Source of the DNA: Octopus sinensis | Taxonomy: Eukaryota | NCBI RefSeq assembly: GCF_006345805.1 | Contig: NC_043019.1 | Coordinates: 5,207,360 to 5,271,359, forward strand | Reading direction: 5' to 3' | DNA length: 64,000 nt | Shown: one piece after another, positions 1 to 12,700 of the stretch | Position numbering within the stretch: position 1 is the stretch's first letter | Layout: every line of letters begins with the position of its first letter | Notes under the pieces: generated by a model | Told to the model about the DNA's origin: nothing | The model's database searches: none | What the model saw: only the letters and a program-made list of their open reading frames with translations | Position numbers and translations under genes: made by a program

Positions 1-650
1 CATGCTGGAGCACCGCCTTTAATCGAGCAACTCGACCCCGGGACTTATTCTTTGTAAGCCCAGTACTTATTCTATCAGTTGTCAAGCAATGCTAGGGGGA
101 CAAACACAGACCTCACAAACATACACACACATACATATATAGGACGGGCTTCTTTCAGTTTCCGTCTACCAAATCCACTCACAAGGCTTTGGTCGGCCCG
201 AGGCTATAGTAGAAGACACTTCTATGCTGAAAAAACTGCTTAGTGGCATTACTTCTCACTTTAATATTTTGAGTTCAAATCCCACCAAGGTTGACTTTGC
301 CTGTCATCCTTTCAGGGTCGATAAAATAGTACCAGCTGAGCACTGGGGTTGATGTTATCAACTTCACCACCTTTCAAAATTTCTGGCCCTGTGCCGAAAT
401 TTGAAACCAATATTAATTAACTCGTTAATGTATGAAGTTTAATTAAATACTTTTATGTAGTCAAGAAATTCACTTCTCTATCATGTGACGTCAGGTTCAG
501 TCCTTCTGCGCAACACCTTCAGTAAGTGTTTTCTGCTAAGCCTCAGACCAGCCAAAGCACTTTGTTTCGTATCAAACAAGCCTTGTGATATTTTAACAAA
601 CATCAGATACAATTAAAAGACTTCTGCAGGAAACCAAAGCCACTGCTTAC

Positions 651-722
651 CTTTCCTTTATCTCCCATCAAACAGGCAACATTTGGAGGATCTTCAAAGG
701 ACCGTTTCTCACGGTTGTAGGC
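651..722 (-). CDS. DNMT1: DNMT1 exon (start of KG linker)
   Basis: [24 protein letters not shown]|gtaagc; 72 nt, phase 0/0. Confidence 0.95.
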
Positions 723-3700
723 CTGAAGAGAGACAACATCTTTCAAGTAATAATGTGATAGAGCTAGATACAGAGATAGCCAGATGGAGAGAGAGGAGAG
801 AGAGAGAATCAAGATACAGAGAAAGAATGACAGACATTTAGACAAAAGTAATTAGAAAGAGAGAGAGAGAGAGGCAGAGCAACACATAAGGAAAGAAATA
901 AGAGAGATGGCCACTACATCAGTAAAATATGATGCAGAGCAGTGAAAAGTGTTGTATTTTTACCTTAACCCTTTAGTGTTCAGACTATTCAATCAAACAT
1001 AATGCTTATTGATTCCCATTGATTTGAATTAATCAAGCATTATCTCATACCTTCAAGATCTTGATGGTGTAATTACTTAATGTAGAATAACATTGTGGGG
1101 TAGGTGTGAGAGCCTGGATCTGGTCAGTTTGAACATAAAACAGATTAACTATTTTGGCTGGATATGGCCGGTTTAAATACTAAAGGGTTAAAACACTCAG
1201 CCGACAATACTACAACTACTGACCCTTATTACATACTTCAGTGATAAAAAGGATCATACAGAAAAATAAAGGACCTATAATTTGAGTAAAATGTGGTAGA
1301 AAACAACAACATTCATCCATTCATTGTTCGACCGTGGTCGAGACAATGGAATTTACTATGTTACGCCAGACTTCACGGTCCATCATAGCACTATGGAGTT
1401 CCTGTTGCTGGATGCCTGTATCCCTGGAGATTACATCAGGGTAGGAGAGTGTGCACCTTCTGGTATCACTGGATGCCCTTGGAGGTGCAACGTGATCAGA
1501 GACAGGACCCGGCAAAGCAGGGGCTGGACCTACATCCACAGGTATACCATTAAGTCTATTTCCTTGGGGAAGAGGAACCCTGGTACAGTTAATTGCAAAC
1601 TCCACTGTCTTTTCAAATGGCTAATAATGTGTGCGTGCGCCGCTACTACACACATTGGAAAGCATTTTACAACCAAGCACTAAAGAAGATCTTTCCTCCT
1701 CCATGAAACAAAGCTGTTCCCGCTGGATGTCAACCCAGTATTTCTAAGCTACGGACCGAGTGATTTGTTGTAAGGTTATCTCCCTAGACAGATTGCCTTC
1801 ACTACGGCTAAGGAGCCCTTTTCTACCCCACTGACACAACAGCAAACACATAGCATTTACATTGGTAAAGTACAAAAGAGAGGGCAATAAAAAATGATGG
1901 TCAACTTGTACTTTGGTTAAATATGATAGAGAGAAAAACAAAACAAAACAAGTCATAGATAACTTTTACTTTGGTCGGGCACAAAGCAGCAGAAATATGG
2001 CAGCTTACCTCTGTGAAATAAAACCTGTCAACAGCACCCATGAAGTAGGTATCTTTATCAACTTTCAAATTTTCACTGTACACCACTGTACACCTGCCTG
2101 AAACGGTCTTGAAATCCACAGTGACCTCTGTGAGAAAAGAAGGGCAGAATTTGAAGATTAGTGTCAAATTAATAACCCTTTAGCAATCAGATTATTCTAT
2201 TGAATGTAATGCTTATTTATTCACACTGTTTTGAATTTGTCCTGTACTAGCAGTATCACCCGGCGTTGCTCGGGTTTGTAAGGGAAATAACTATATAAGC
2301 ATTTTTAGAGAGTTATAGCCAAAAAAATAGCAAAAAAACCCATTAGAAATGGAAAAAAAACGATGGTAAATTTTTTTTTTAATCGTTGACTCATCGTAGA
2401 CATTTTTAGAGAGTTACTTCCCTTATATAATAGCGAAAAAAATGCATTAAAATGGAAAAAAATTATGGTAAATTATTTTTAAAATCGTAGACTCATCGTA
2501 GACGCACGCTAATACCCAGAAGGGCTCGATATGAATCACGACTATAAGATACCCGCTTTTGGTTAAACTGCACCGCAAAATGTGGGAGTAGTTAGGAATC
2601 TAAATCGTAGGAGACAGACACACAACTTCACTTTTATACATAAAGATTATCTCTTATCTCGTAGCCTTGCGATTTTGATTATGTCTGTATATTTTTTAGG
2701 CTAACAATGTAGAGTAGGTGTGAGAGGCAGGATCTGGCCAGTTTAAATACTAAAGGGTCAATGAAGTACAGTGTGTTGCTGTTTAGGTCTTGCTGGCGTC
2801 CTTTTGTCTCAGGAGATAATGGGAGTTGCGCATAAACTAATCCAGTCTGGTTTTTTACATTTCATGTTGGGCATAAGAGGAATTATATGCCGTGTGCAAG
2901 AGACTGGGTTGGTTTGGCCATGTGATGTAGATGGATGAGGGCAGTTGCATAAGGAAGTGTCAATCATATAAATGGAGGGAAGTTGTAGAAGAGGGAGACC
3001 CAGGAAGACATGGGACGAAGTATTAGGGGCTGATCTCAAAACACTGAGCCTTACAAAGGAGATAACAGAGGATTAAGATATGTGGTACATTGCTATACTC
3101 AAGAAGAGCCACCCACCACAACAGAATCGAGATCCAAGGTGCCATGTAAAAAGCATTGGTTTGGATGCTGGTGCCACATAAAAAGCACCCAGTACACCCG
3201 GTAAAGTGGTTGGCACTAGGAACGACATCCAGTTGTAGAAACCAAACCAGAACTATGGAACCTGATGTGGCCCATGGCCTTTCCACTTCATGTCAAGCCA
3301 TCAAACCTATGCCAGCTTGTTAACCCTTTCATTATTGTATTTATTTTGAGATGCTCTGTATTTCTTTCAATTACTTTAAATATAACAAAGAATTTAGTAA
3401 AATAACTTAGTTATCATTAAGCTAGTGTTAGGAACATAAATTGTGACTAAGGTTTGGTGGAAGATTTTAATTCAAAACTTATGAAAACAAGACATTTGTA
3501 CTCAGAGCTAGAGCTGGTTTCAGCCGGGTTGGTATCAAAAAGGTTAAATATAACAAAGAATTTAGTAAAATAACTTATTTATCATTAAGCTAGTGTTAGG
3601 AACATAAATTGTGACTAAGGTTTGGTGGAAGATTTTAATTCAAAACTTATGAAAACAAGACATTTGTACCACAGAGCCAGAGATGGTTTCTGCTGGGTTT

Positions 3701-6700
3701 GTATCAAAAGGGTTAATGCCTTGACCCTTTTGTTACCATACTTCTGTTGAGATGCTCTCTGTTTCTCTCAATTTCTTTAAATATAACAAAGAATTTAGTA
3801 AAATAACTTAGTTATCATTCAGCTAGTGTTAGGAACATAAATTGTGACTAAGGTTTGGTGGAAGATTTTAATTCAAAACTTATGAAAACAAGACATTTGT
3901 ACTCAGAGCCAGGGTGGTTTCAACTGGGTTGGTAACAAAAGGGTTAAATATAACAAAGAATTTAGTAAAATAACTTAGGTATCATTAATCTAGTGTCAGG
4001 AACATAAATTGCGACTAAGGTTTGGTGAAAGATTTTAATTCAAAACTTATGAAAACAAGACATTTGTACTCAGAGCTAGAGCTGGTTTCAGCCGGGTTGG
4101 TATCAAAAAGGTTAAATATAACAAAGAGTTTAGTAAAATAACTTAGTTATCATTAAGCTAGTGTTAGGAACATAAATTGCGACTAAAGTTTAGTGGAAGA
4201 TTTTAATTCAAAACTTATGAAAACAAGACATTTGTACTCAGAGCTAGAGCTGGTTTCAGCCGGGTTGGTATCAAAAAGGTTAAATATAACAAAGAATTTA
4301 GTAAAAGAACTTAATTATCATTAAGCTAGTGTTAGGAACATAAATTGCGACTAAAGTTTAGTGGAAGATTTTAATTCAAAACTTATGAAGACAAGACATT
4401 TGTACTCAGAGCCAGAGCTGGTTTCAGCCGGGTTGGTAACAAAAGGGTTAAATATAACAAAGAATTTAGTAAAATAACTTAATTATCATTCAGCTAGTGT
4501 TAGGAACATAAATTTGACTAAGGTTTGGTGGAAGATTTTAATTCAAAACTTATGAAAACAAGACATTTGTACCACAGAGCCAGAGATGGTTTCTGCTGGG
4601 TTTGTATCAAAAGGGTTAATGCCTTGACCCTTTTGTTACCATACTTCTGTTGAGATGCTCTGTGTTTCTTTCAATTAATTTAGATTTAACAAAGAATTTA
4701 GTAAAAGAACTTAATTATCATTCAGCTAGTGTTAGGAACATAAATTGCGACTAAAGTTTAGTGGAAGATTTTAATTCAAAACTTATGAAGACAAGACATT
4801 TGTACTCAGAGCCAGAGCTGGTTTCAGCCGGGTGGTAACAAAAGGGTTAAATATAACAAAGAATTTAGTAAAATAACTTAATTATCATTAAGCTAGTGTT
4901 AGGAACATAAATTGCGACTAAAGTTTAGTGGAAGATTTTAATTCAAAACTTATGAAGACAAGACATTTGTACTCAGAGCCAGAGCTGGTTTCAGCCGGGT
5001 TGGTAACAAAAGGGTTAAATATAACAAAGAATTTAGTAAAATAACTTAATTATCATTAAGCTAGTGTTAGGAACATAAATTGCGACTAAAGTTTAGTGGA
5101 AGATTTTAATTCAAAACTTATGAAGACAAGACATTTGTACTCAGAGCCAGAGCTGGTTTCAGCCGGGTTGGTAACAAAAGGGTTAAATATAACAAAGAAT
5201 TTAGTAAAATAACTTAATTATCATTAAGCTAGTGTTAGGAACATAAATTGCGACTAAAGTTTAGTGGAAGATTTTAATTCAAAACTTATGAAGACAAGAC
5301 ATTTGTACTCAGAGCCAGAGCTGGTTTCAGCCGGGTTGGTAACAAAAGGGTTAAATATAACAAAGAATTTAGTAAAATAACTTAGGTATCATTAATCTAG
5401 TGTCAGGAACATAAATTGCGACTAAGGTTTAGTGGAAGATTTTAATTCAAAACTTATGAAGACAAGACATTTGTACTCAGAGCCAGAGCTGGTTTCAGCC
5501 GGTTGGTAACAAAAGGGTTAAATATAACAAAGAATTTAGTAAAATAACTTAGGTATCATTCAGCTAGTGTCAGGAACATAAATTGCGACTAAAGTTTAGT
5601 GGAAGATTTTAATTCAAAACTTATGAAGACAAGACATTTGTACTCAGAGCCAGAGCTGGTTTCAGCCGGGTTGGTAACAAAAGGGTTAAATATAACAAAG
5701 AATTTAGTAAAATAACTTGGGTATCATTAATCTAGTGTCAGGAACATAAATTGCGACTAAAGTTTAGTGGAAGATTTTAATTCAAAACTTATGAAGACAA
5801 GACATTTGTACTCAGAGCCAGAGCTGGTTTCAGCCGGGTTGGTAACAAAAGGGTTAAATATAACAAAGAATTTAGTAAAATAACTTAGGTATCATTAATC
5901 TAGTGTCAGGAACATAAATTGCGACTAAGGTTTAGTGGAAGATTTTAATTCAAAACTTATGAAGACAAGACATTTGTACTCAGAGCCAGAGCTGGTTTCA
6001 GCCGGGTTGGTAACAAAAGGGTTAAATATAACAAAGAATTTAGTAAAATAACTTAGGTATCATTAATCTAGTGTCAGGAACATAAATTGCGACTAAGGTT
6101 TAGTGGAAGATTTTAATTCAAAACTTATGAAGACAAGACATTGTACTCAGAGCCAGAGCTGGTTTCAGCCGGGTTGGTAACAAAAGGGTTAAATATAACA
6201 AAGAATTTAGTAAAATAACTTAGGTATCATTAATCTAGTGTCAGGAACATAAATTGCGACTAAGGTTTAGTGGAAGATTTTAATTCAAAACTTATGAAGA
6301 CAAGACATTTGTACTCAGAGCCAGAGCTGGTTTCAGCCGGGTTGGTAACAAAAGGGTTAATATAACAAAGAATTTAGTAAAATAACTTAGGTATCATTAA
6401 TCTAGTGTCAGGAACATAAATTGCGACTAAGGTTTAGTGGAAGATTTTAATTCAAAACTTATGAAGACAAGACATTTGTACTCAGAGCCAGAGCTGGTTT
6501 CAGCCGGGTTGGTAACAAAAGGGTTAAATATAACAAAGAATTTAGTAAAATAACTTAGGTATCATTAATCTAGTGTCAGGAACATAAATTGCGACTAAGG
6601 TTTAGTGGAAGATTTTAATTCAAAACTTATGAAGACAAGACATTTGTACTCAGAGCCAGAGCTGGTTTCAGCCGGGTTGGTAACAAAAGGGTTAAATATA

Positions 6701-9700
6701 ACAAAGAATTTAGTAAAATAACTTAGGTATCATTAATCTAGTGTCAGGAACATAAATTGCGACTAAGGTTTAGTGGAAGATTTTAATTCAAAACTTATGA
6801 AAACAAGACATTTGTACTCAGAGCCAGAGCTGGTTTCAGCCGGGTTGGTAACAAAAGGTTAAATATAACAAAGAATTTAGTAAAATAACTTAGGTATCAT
6901 TAATCTAGTGTCAGGAACATAAATTGCGACTAAGGTTTAGTGGAAGATTTTAATTCAAAACTTATGAAGACAAGACATTTGTACTCAGAGCCAGAGCTGG
7001 TTTCAGCCGGGTTGGTAACAAAAGGGTTAAATATAACAAAGAATTTAGTAAAATAACTTAGGTATCATTAATCTAGTGTCAGGAACATAAATTGCGACTA
7101 AGGTTTAGTGGAAGATTTTAATTCAAAACTTATGAAGACAAGACATTTGTACTCAGAGCCAGAGCTGGTTTCAGCCGGGTTGGTAACAAAAGGGTTAAAT
7201 ATAACAAAGAATTTAGTAAAATAACTTAGGTATCATTAATCTAGTGTCAGGAACATAAATTGCGACTAAGGTTTAGTGGAAGATTTTAATTCAAAACTTA
7301 TGAAGACAAGACATTTGTACTCAGAGCCAGAGCTGGTTTCAGCCGGGTTGGTAACAAAAGGGTTAAATATAACAAAGAATTTAGTAAAATAACTTAGGTA
7401 TCATTAATCTAGTGTCAGGAACATAAATTGCGACTAAGGTTTAGTGGAAGATTTTAATTCAAAACTTATGAAAACAAGACATTTGTACTATAGAGCCAGA
7501 GGTTTCAGCCGGGCTGGTAACGAAAAGGTTAAATGTTGATGATGTCTGACAAGGAGTTGTGTGTACACCGTATGATGGTATCAACTGACATGAACATACA
7601 TAAACGGAAGCCACTATGTGCCGAACTGCACATTTAGCATTCAGATTACTCTTTCAAATTAACCATGGAGAATAAGATTCAAAGTGTTTTAATCATCTAA
7701 ATGAACCTACCTTCGTTGCTCCAATAAAGGACGTTTAGATCTGCCTGGTAGGAAGCTGCAGGACCTTTGTGAGTGTTTTCTGGTCTGGAAAAGAGAAACG
7801 ATAGGTTATGGGTTAGAGTAAAAATCAACAATGGGTTAAAGGTTATAGGCCAATGATGGTTGTTGGACTCCTGATTGTAAGATTGTGGTCTCGACTCCTG
7901 GACTGAGCAATGCATTGTATTCTTAAATAAAACACTTCATTTCATGTTGCTCCAGTTCCACTCAACTGGCAAACACGAATAATGATGTGATGGGCTCACC
8001 CTTCACCACTTCTGCCCACTTCTTCCACTGGGTCCTTCCTTGTACTTCTTCACCCATCAGTGCAGCCTGAGTCACAAGGTTTGCAATTTGGTGGGGGGAC
8101 GAAAGTACATCGACACCATTGACCCCCCAATACTTGATAGGTACTTAATTCTATCAACTTTAATAGAATGAAAGGCAAAGTTGATGTTGGCAGAATTTGA
8201 ACTCACTATGTATAGAGCTAGAATAAACAGAACAACACATTTGGGATGATGTTCTTTGCTAGTGGCTGTGTGGTAAGTAGCTTGCTTACCAACCACATGG
8301 TTCCAGGTTCAGTCCCACTGCGTGGCACCTTGGGCAAGTGTCTTCTACTAAAGCCTCGGGCCGACCAAAGCCTTGTGAGTGGATTTGATAGACGGAAACT
8401 GAAAGAAGCCTGTCATATGTATATATGTGTGTGTGTGTGTGTGTGTCTCCCCACACTGTTGAGTGGGGAATATATATGCACCACAGAAACTGGAAACTGG
8501 CCCCATGAGTCTATGACCAGGAAAGGATCTTTATCTTTTCAAAATTAAAGGTGATCGTATATGGCGCAGGAGTGGCTGTGTGGTAAGTAGCATGCTAACC
8601 AACCACGTGGTTCCGGGTTCAGTCCCACTGCATGGCATCTTCGGCAAGTGTCTTCTACTATAGCCTCGGGCCAACCAATGCCTTGTGAGTGGATTTGGTA
8701 GACGGAAACTGAAAGAAGCCCGTCGTATATATGTATATATGCGTGTGTGTGTTTGTCCCCCTAGCATTGCTTGACAACCGATGGTGGTGTGTTTATGTCC
8801 CCGTAACTCAGTGGTTCGGCAAAAGAGACCGATAGAATAAGTACTGGGCTTACAAAAGAATAAGTCCCGGGGTCGAGTTGCTCGACTAAAGGCGGTGCTC
8901 CAGTATGGCCACAGTCAAACGACTGAAACAAGTAAAGAAAGTAAAGAGAGTATAGGCCAACAAGTGCCATTCCAAACTATACGGCCAGGTTATTAACTCA
9001 CTTGTACTTGGCCTTACATCACATCATCGACCACCACCACAACTTTTAATGCCAAGTTGTGTGTGTATGCATATGTGAATAACGATGTCTCATGCTGTGT
9101 CTGATTAAATAATAAGATGGTCATGGTCGGAACATCTTTGATTAAAGATCAAGGCTGATGTGCAGACTAAACAACGACAAATAAAATAAGAAGTTCTTTC
9201 TTACCTGTAAAATTTATTGATTTTAACTTTGATGTCAGTGAGATCCATAAGACGACTGTTGCTAACCTTCCGGCAGAAGATTTCTGTGATCCGACCAATA
9301 TGGAAAGGTTGGGGTACGTACTCGTTTGAGCCTTTGATGTAATCCGAAGATTTCCGGTAGGCTTCTGTGTAAGCATCATCATCAAACTGTCAAAAGAAAA
9401 TACAATTTTTTTTTTTACATTTTTTTTGGTTTTCATCATCATCATCATCATCAACATCTGTTTTCCATGCTGGTATGGGTTGAAAGGTTTGACAGGAGCT
9501 GGGAAGTTGGAGGGCCGCACCAGGCTCCAGTCATCTGTTCTGACATGGTTTCTATGGCTGGATGCCCTTCCCAACGCCAGTCACTTCACAGAAAGGTGCC
9601 AGCAAGGGTGCTTTCTATGTGGCGCCTGCACGGGCCTTTTGATGTGATGCCGGCATGGGTGCTTTATACATGACTGACACAGATGCTTTGTATGTGGCAC

Positions 9701-12700
9701 CAGTACCCGTGGGGGGGTCACCATACGGCTTGGAACTGAGAGGAGTTGCTGCGAGTCAGGTTGATTAAACGGTTGGCATCTCTCATTTTCAATATTGTCG
9801 CACCATCCGAATGTGGCCGATGCCAGCGCCGCCTCGACTGGCTTCTGTGCCAGTGGCACATAAAATGCACCATCCGAACATGGCCGATGCCAGACTCCCC
9901 TGGCACGTAAAAAGCACCCACTACACTCGTGGAGTGGTTGGCGTTAGGAAGGGCATCCAGCTGTAGAAACTCTGCCAGATCAGAGTGGAGCCTGGTGCAG
10001 CCCCTGGCTTCCCAGACCCCGGTCGAACCATCCAACCCGTGCTAGCGCAGAAAACGGACGTTAAACGATTATGATGATGATGATGATTGCAAGTTAATGA
10101 TTTCCGTTCCTGATGAGATCTCATTTTATTTTAATAACCATTACTAGTTTTATCATGTATAATATAATTACTATTTTAGGTACAGTTTAGTATGTTAACT
10201 ATGTAACTTCACTGTCCCCTTTGACATGCCCAGCAGCCCCTTGAAAGCAGTACTGCCCACATTGAGAATCTCTGCTCTAGGCACACATTTTGAAAGGGGT
10301 AAAACTGTTTTAATTAATCCCAGTACTTAACTGGTACTTATGGTATCTATCAACCTTTCAGGGATGAACGGGGAAACGAAACTCCTGCAGGATTTGAACT
10401 TGAAATAAAAAAAATGGATGTAATTAAAATGAAAGGAAAGGGGAGAAATGAGAGAGTATGAGACACTAGGGGGGAGAGAGAGAGAGTGTGTGAGTGAGAG
10501 AGAGTGAGAGAAAGAGAGAGAGAGAGTAAGTGAGAGAAAGAGAGAGAGAGTGAGTGAGAGAAAGAGAGAGAGAGTGAGAGAGAGAGAAAGAGAGAGAGTG
10601 AGAGAAAGAGAGAGTAGGAATGAGAGAAAGATATAGAGAGAGAGAGTGAGAGAGGGTGAGAGAGAATGAGAGAAAGAGAGAGAGAGAGAGAGTGAAAGAG
10701 AGTGAGAGTGAGAGAAAGAGAGAGAGACTGAAAGACCAGTGTTGTTATACAGTTAAACTTACCTCACGTTTTTCTGCCTTGGGTTTCTTTTGTGGGACAT
10801 GTTTAACATTAAAAGAGAAAGCGCTGGGTTCCACATAACAACAGTCCCCTAATTTATACTCAATACTGTCCCTTTTCACTGACTTATAGTACAGCCGGTT
10901 GCTCTCTTTGCTGCCATTCTCCAGTTGTTCTCCAAGACATGGTGTCTCTTTCTGCAAAACAATAACAGATATATTAGAGTTGTGTCAATGGTGGGGATGT
11001 AGGAATTTAATTTCTGGCCATAATGTATTTCTTTACTGCCCACAAGGGGCTAAACATAGAGGGGACAAACAAGGACAGACAAAGGGATTAAGTTGATTAC
11101 ATCGACCCCAGTGGGAAACTGGTACTTATTTAATTGACCCCGAAAGGATGAAAGGCAAAGTCGACCTCGGCGGAATTTGAACTCAGAACGTAGTGGCAGA
11201 CGAAATACTGCTAAGCATTTCGCCCGGCGTGCTAACGTTTCTGCCAGCTCGCCGCCTTTTGTGGCCATAATGGAGCACCCAGTGGGTACAACGTTCAGCA
11301 GGGAACTACAATACTGCTGTTACTTTGCTTAGTTAAAAAAAAAAACCTACTTTCCGTAAAGTCTCGAGTCGGGAGCAGCTGGAACAAAACTTGTGGGAGT
11401 TTATTTCTGAAGAGTTTGGATCTTCGGGAATATCTTCAAATCTGGCCAATTCTGGGTCATACCTGGCAACAAGATGAAACAAAGGAGGATAGAAATAGTG
11501 ATGAGGTTTTCAGCAGAAATGGATGACAATAATTTCAAGAGTGCAAACAATCGTTTATGTCCCTAATTGAGTAAAGAGTCCAGCCATGACCACTCCGTAT
11601 TGTTTTCCATACATACTGTCTCCTGGCTACTATCCAATGTTAGTTTTTGGTACACTAAATAGTATTATTTAGACAATGGAAACCTTTCCTTCCTCAGGCC
11701 CTCAATTCCTGATGGAGTTGCAAGGGTGCTGTCTTTACGTATGCCATATTGAGAATATTTTAAACCTAGCAGTGTCTGTTTCTCTCCAAGTGAGAATACA
11801 AGAGATTTTTCGGATCTTTTCGGTTTGAACGGCAGTTTTTAAAATAATTTCTAGGTAACTATAAAATTATAAACTTCATATACTGGTAGAATGTGTTTAT
11901 AAAAAAATCTTTTTCTCTTGGCTTTATTGAGAAAATTCTGTAGTTTGTAACATATTTCGTCTTTAATTTCTTGCATTTCGGCAATTTTAACCAATCAATG
12001 ACCGTCTATTGAGGTGAAAACATTCTGTGCCGTATGAATATGTCCCTCGTTTAAGAAACAGATTGGGTTTATTTACATTTGTGAAGAAAAAAAGATAGCC
12101 TTCCCCCACCCCTAAAACAGATTGAAATGCAATAGATCGATACTAGGGTCATAATTATGGGTGACAATTTCGTATGACACCGCTAGAAAAAATGTACCAG
12201 ATTAGTACTTTATTTATTGACCTGGAAAAGACCTTAGATTTGAAGTTGTTTGTCAAAAGTAAACAACACAAGACATTTGACCCAACACGCTAACAACCCT
12301 GTCATTTTGCTACCTAATGGTGGAAGTATGTAGCTACACCATCATCATCATCATTTAACGTCCGTTTTCCATGCTAGCATGGGTTGGACGGTTTTGACTG
12401 AGGGCTGGCGAACCAGATGGCTGCACTGGGCTCCAGTCTTGATCTTGCAGAGTTTCTACAGCTGGATGCCCTTCATAACGCCAACCACTCCGAGAGTGTA
12501 GTGGGTGCTTTTTACATGGCACCTGCACGGGGGACAGCCAGGCGGTACTGGCAATGACCTCGCTCGAATCTTTTTACACGTGCCACCGACACAGGTGCCA
12601 GTTAAGCGACGTCAGTAACGATCATGCTCGAATGGTGCATCATTTCAACAAGTCTTTCCTCAAGTTTATCAATGCATCAAAAGTATGATCGATCTATCTA

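Noticed and set aside
1770-1835. HDV-like ribozyme at the putative RTE 5' end
   Set aside because: There is no room for P3/L3/P1' between the candidate P2 strand and GGCAA, and no P1 partner; the fold cannot be built.
3320-7532. CRISPR-like appearance of the regular arrays
   Set aside because: Units are contiguous with no unique spacers, there are no cas genes, and the context is a eukaryotic intron.
10110-10130. Other CTGANGA motifs (10110, 13848, 14225, 60051, 63173)
   Set aside because: No downstream stem II-GAAA-NTH arrangement.
11810-12190. MITE-like element beginning ggatcttttcggtttgaacggcagttttt
   Set aside because: Only one putative TIR is present and no TSD, so boundaries cannot be supported from this window.
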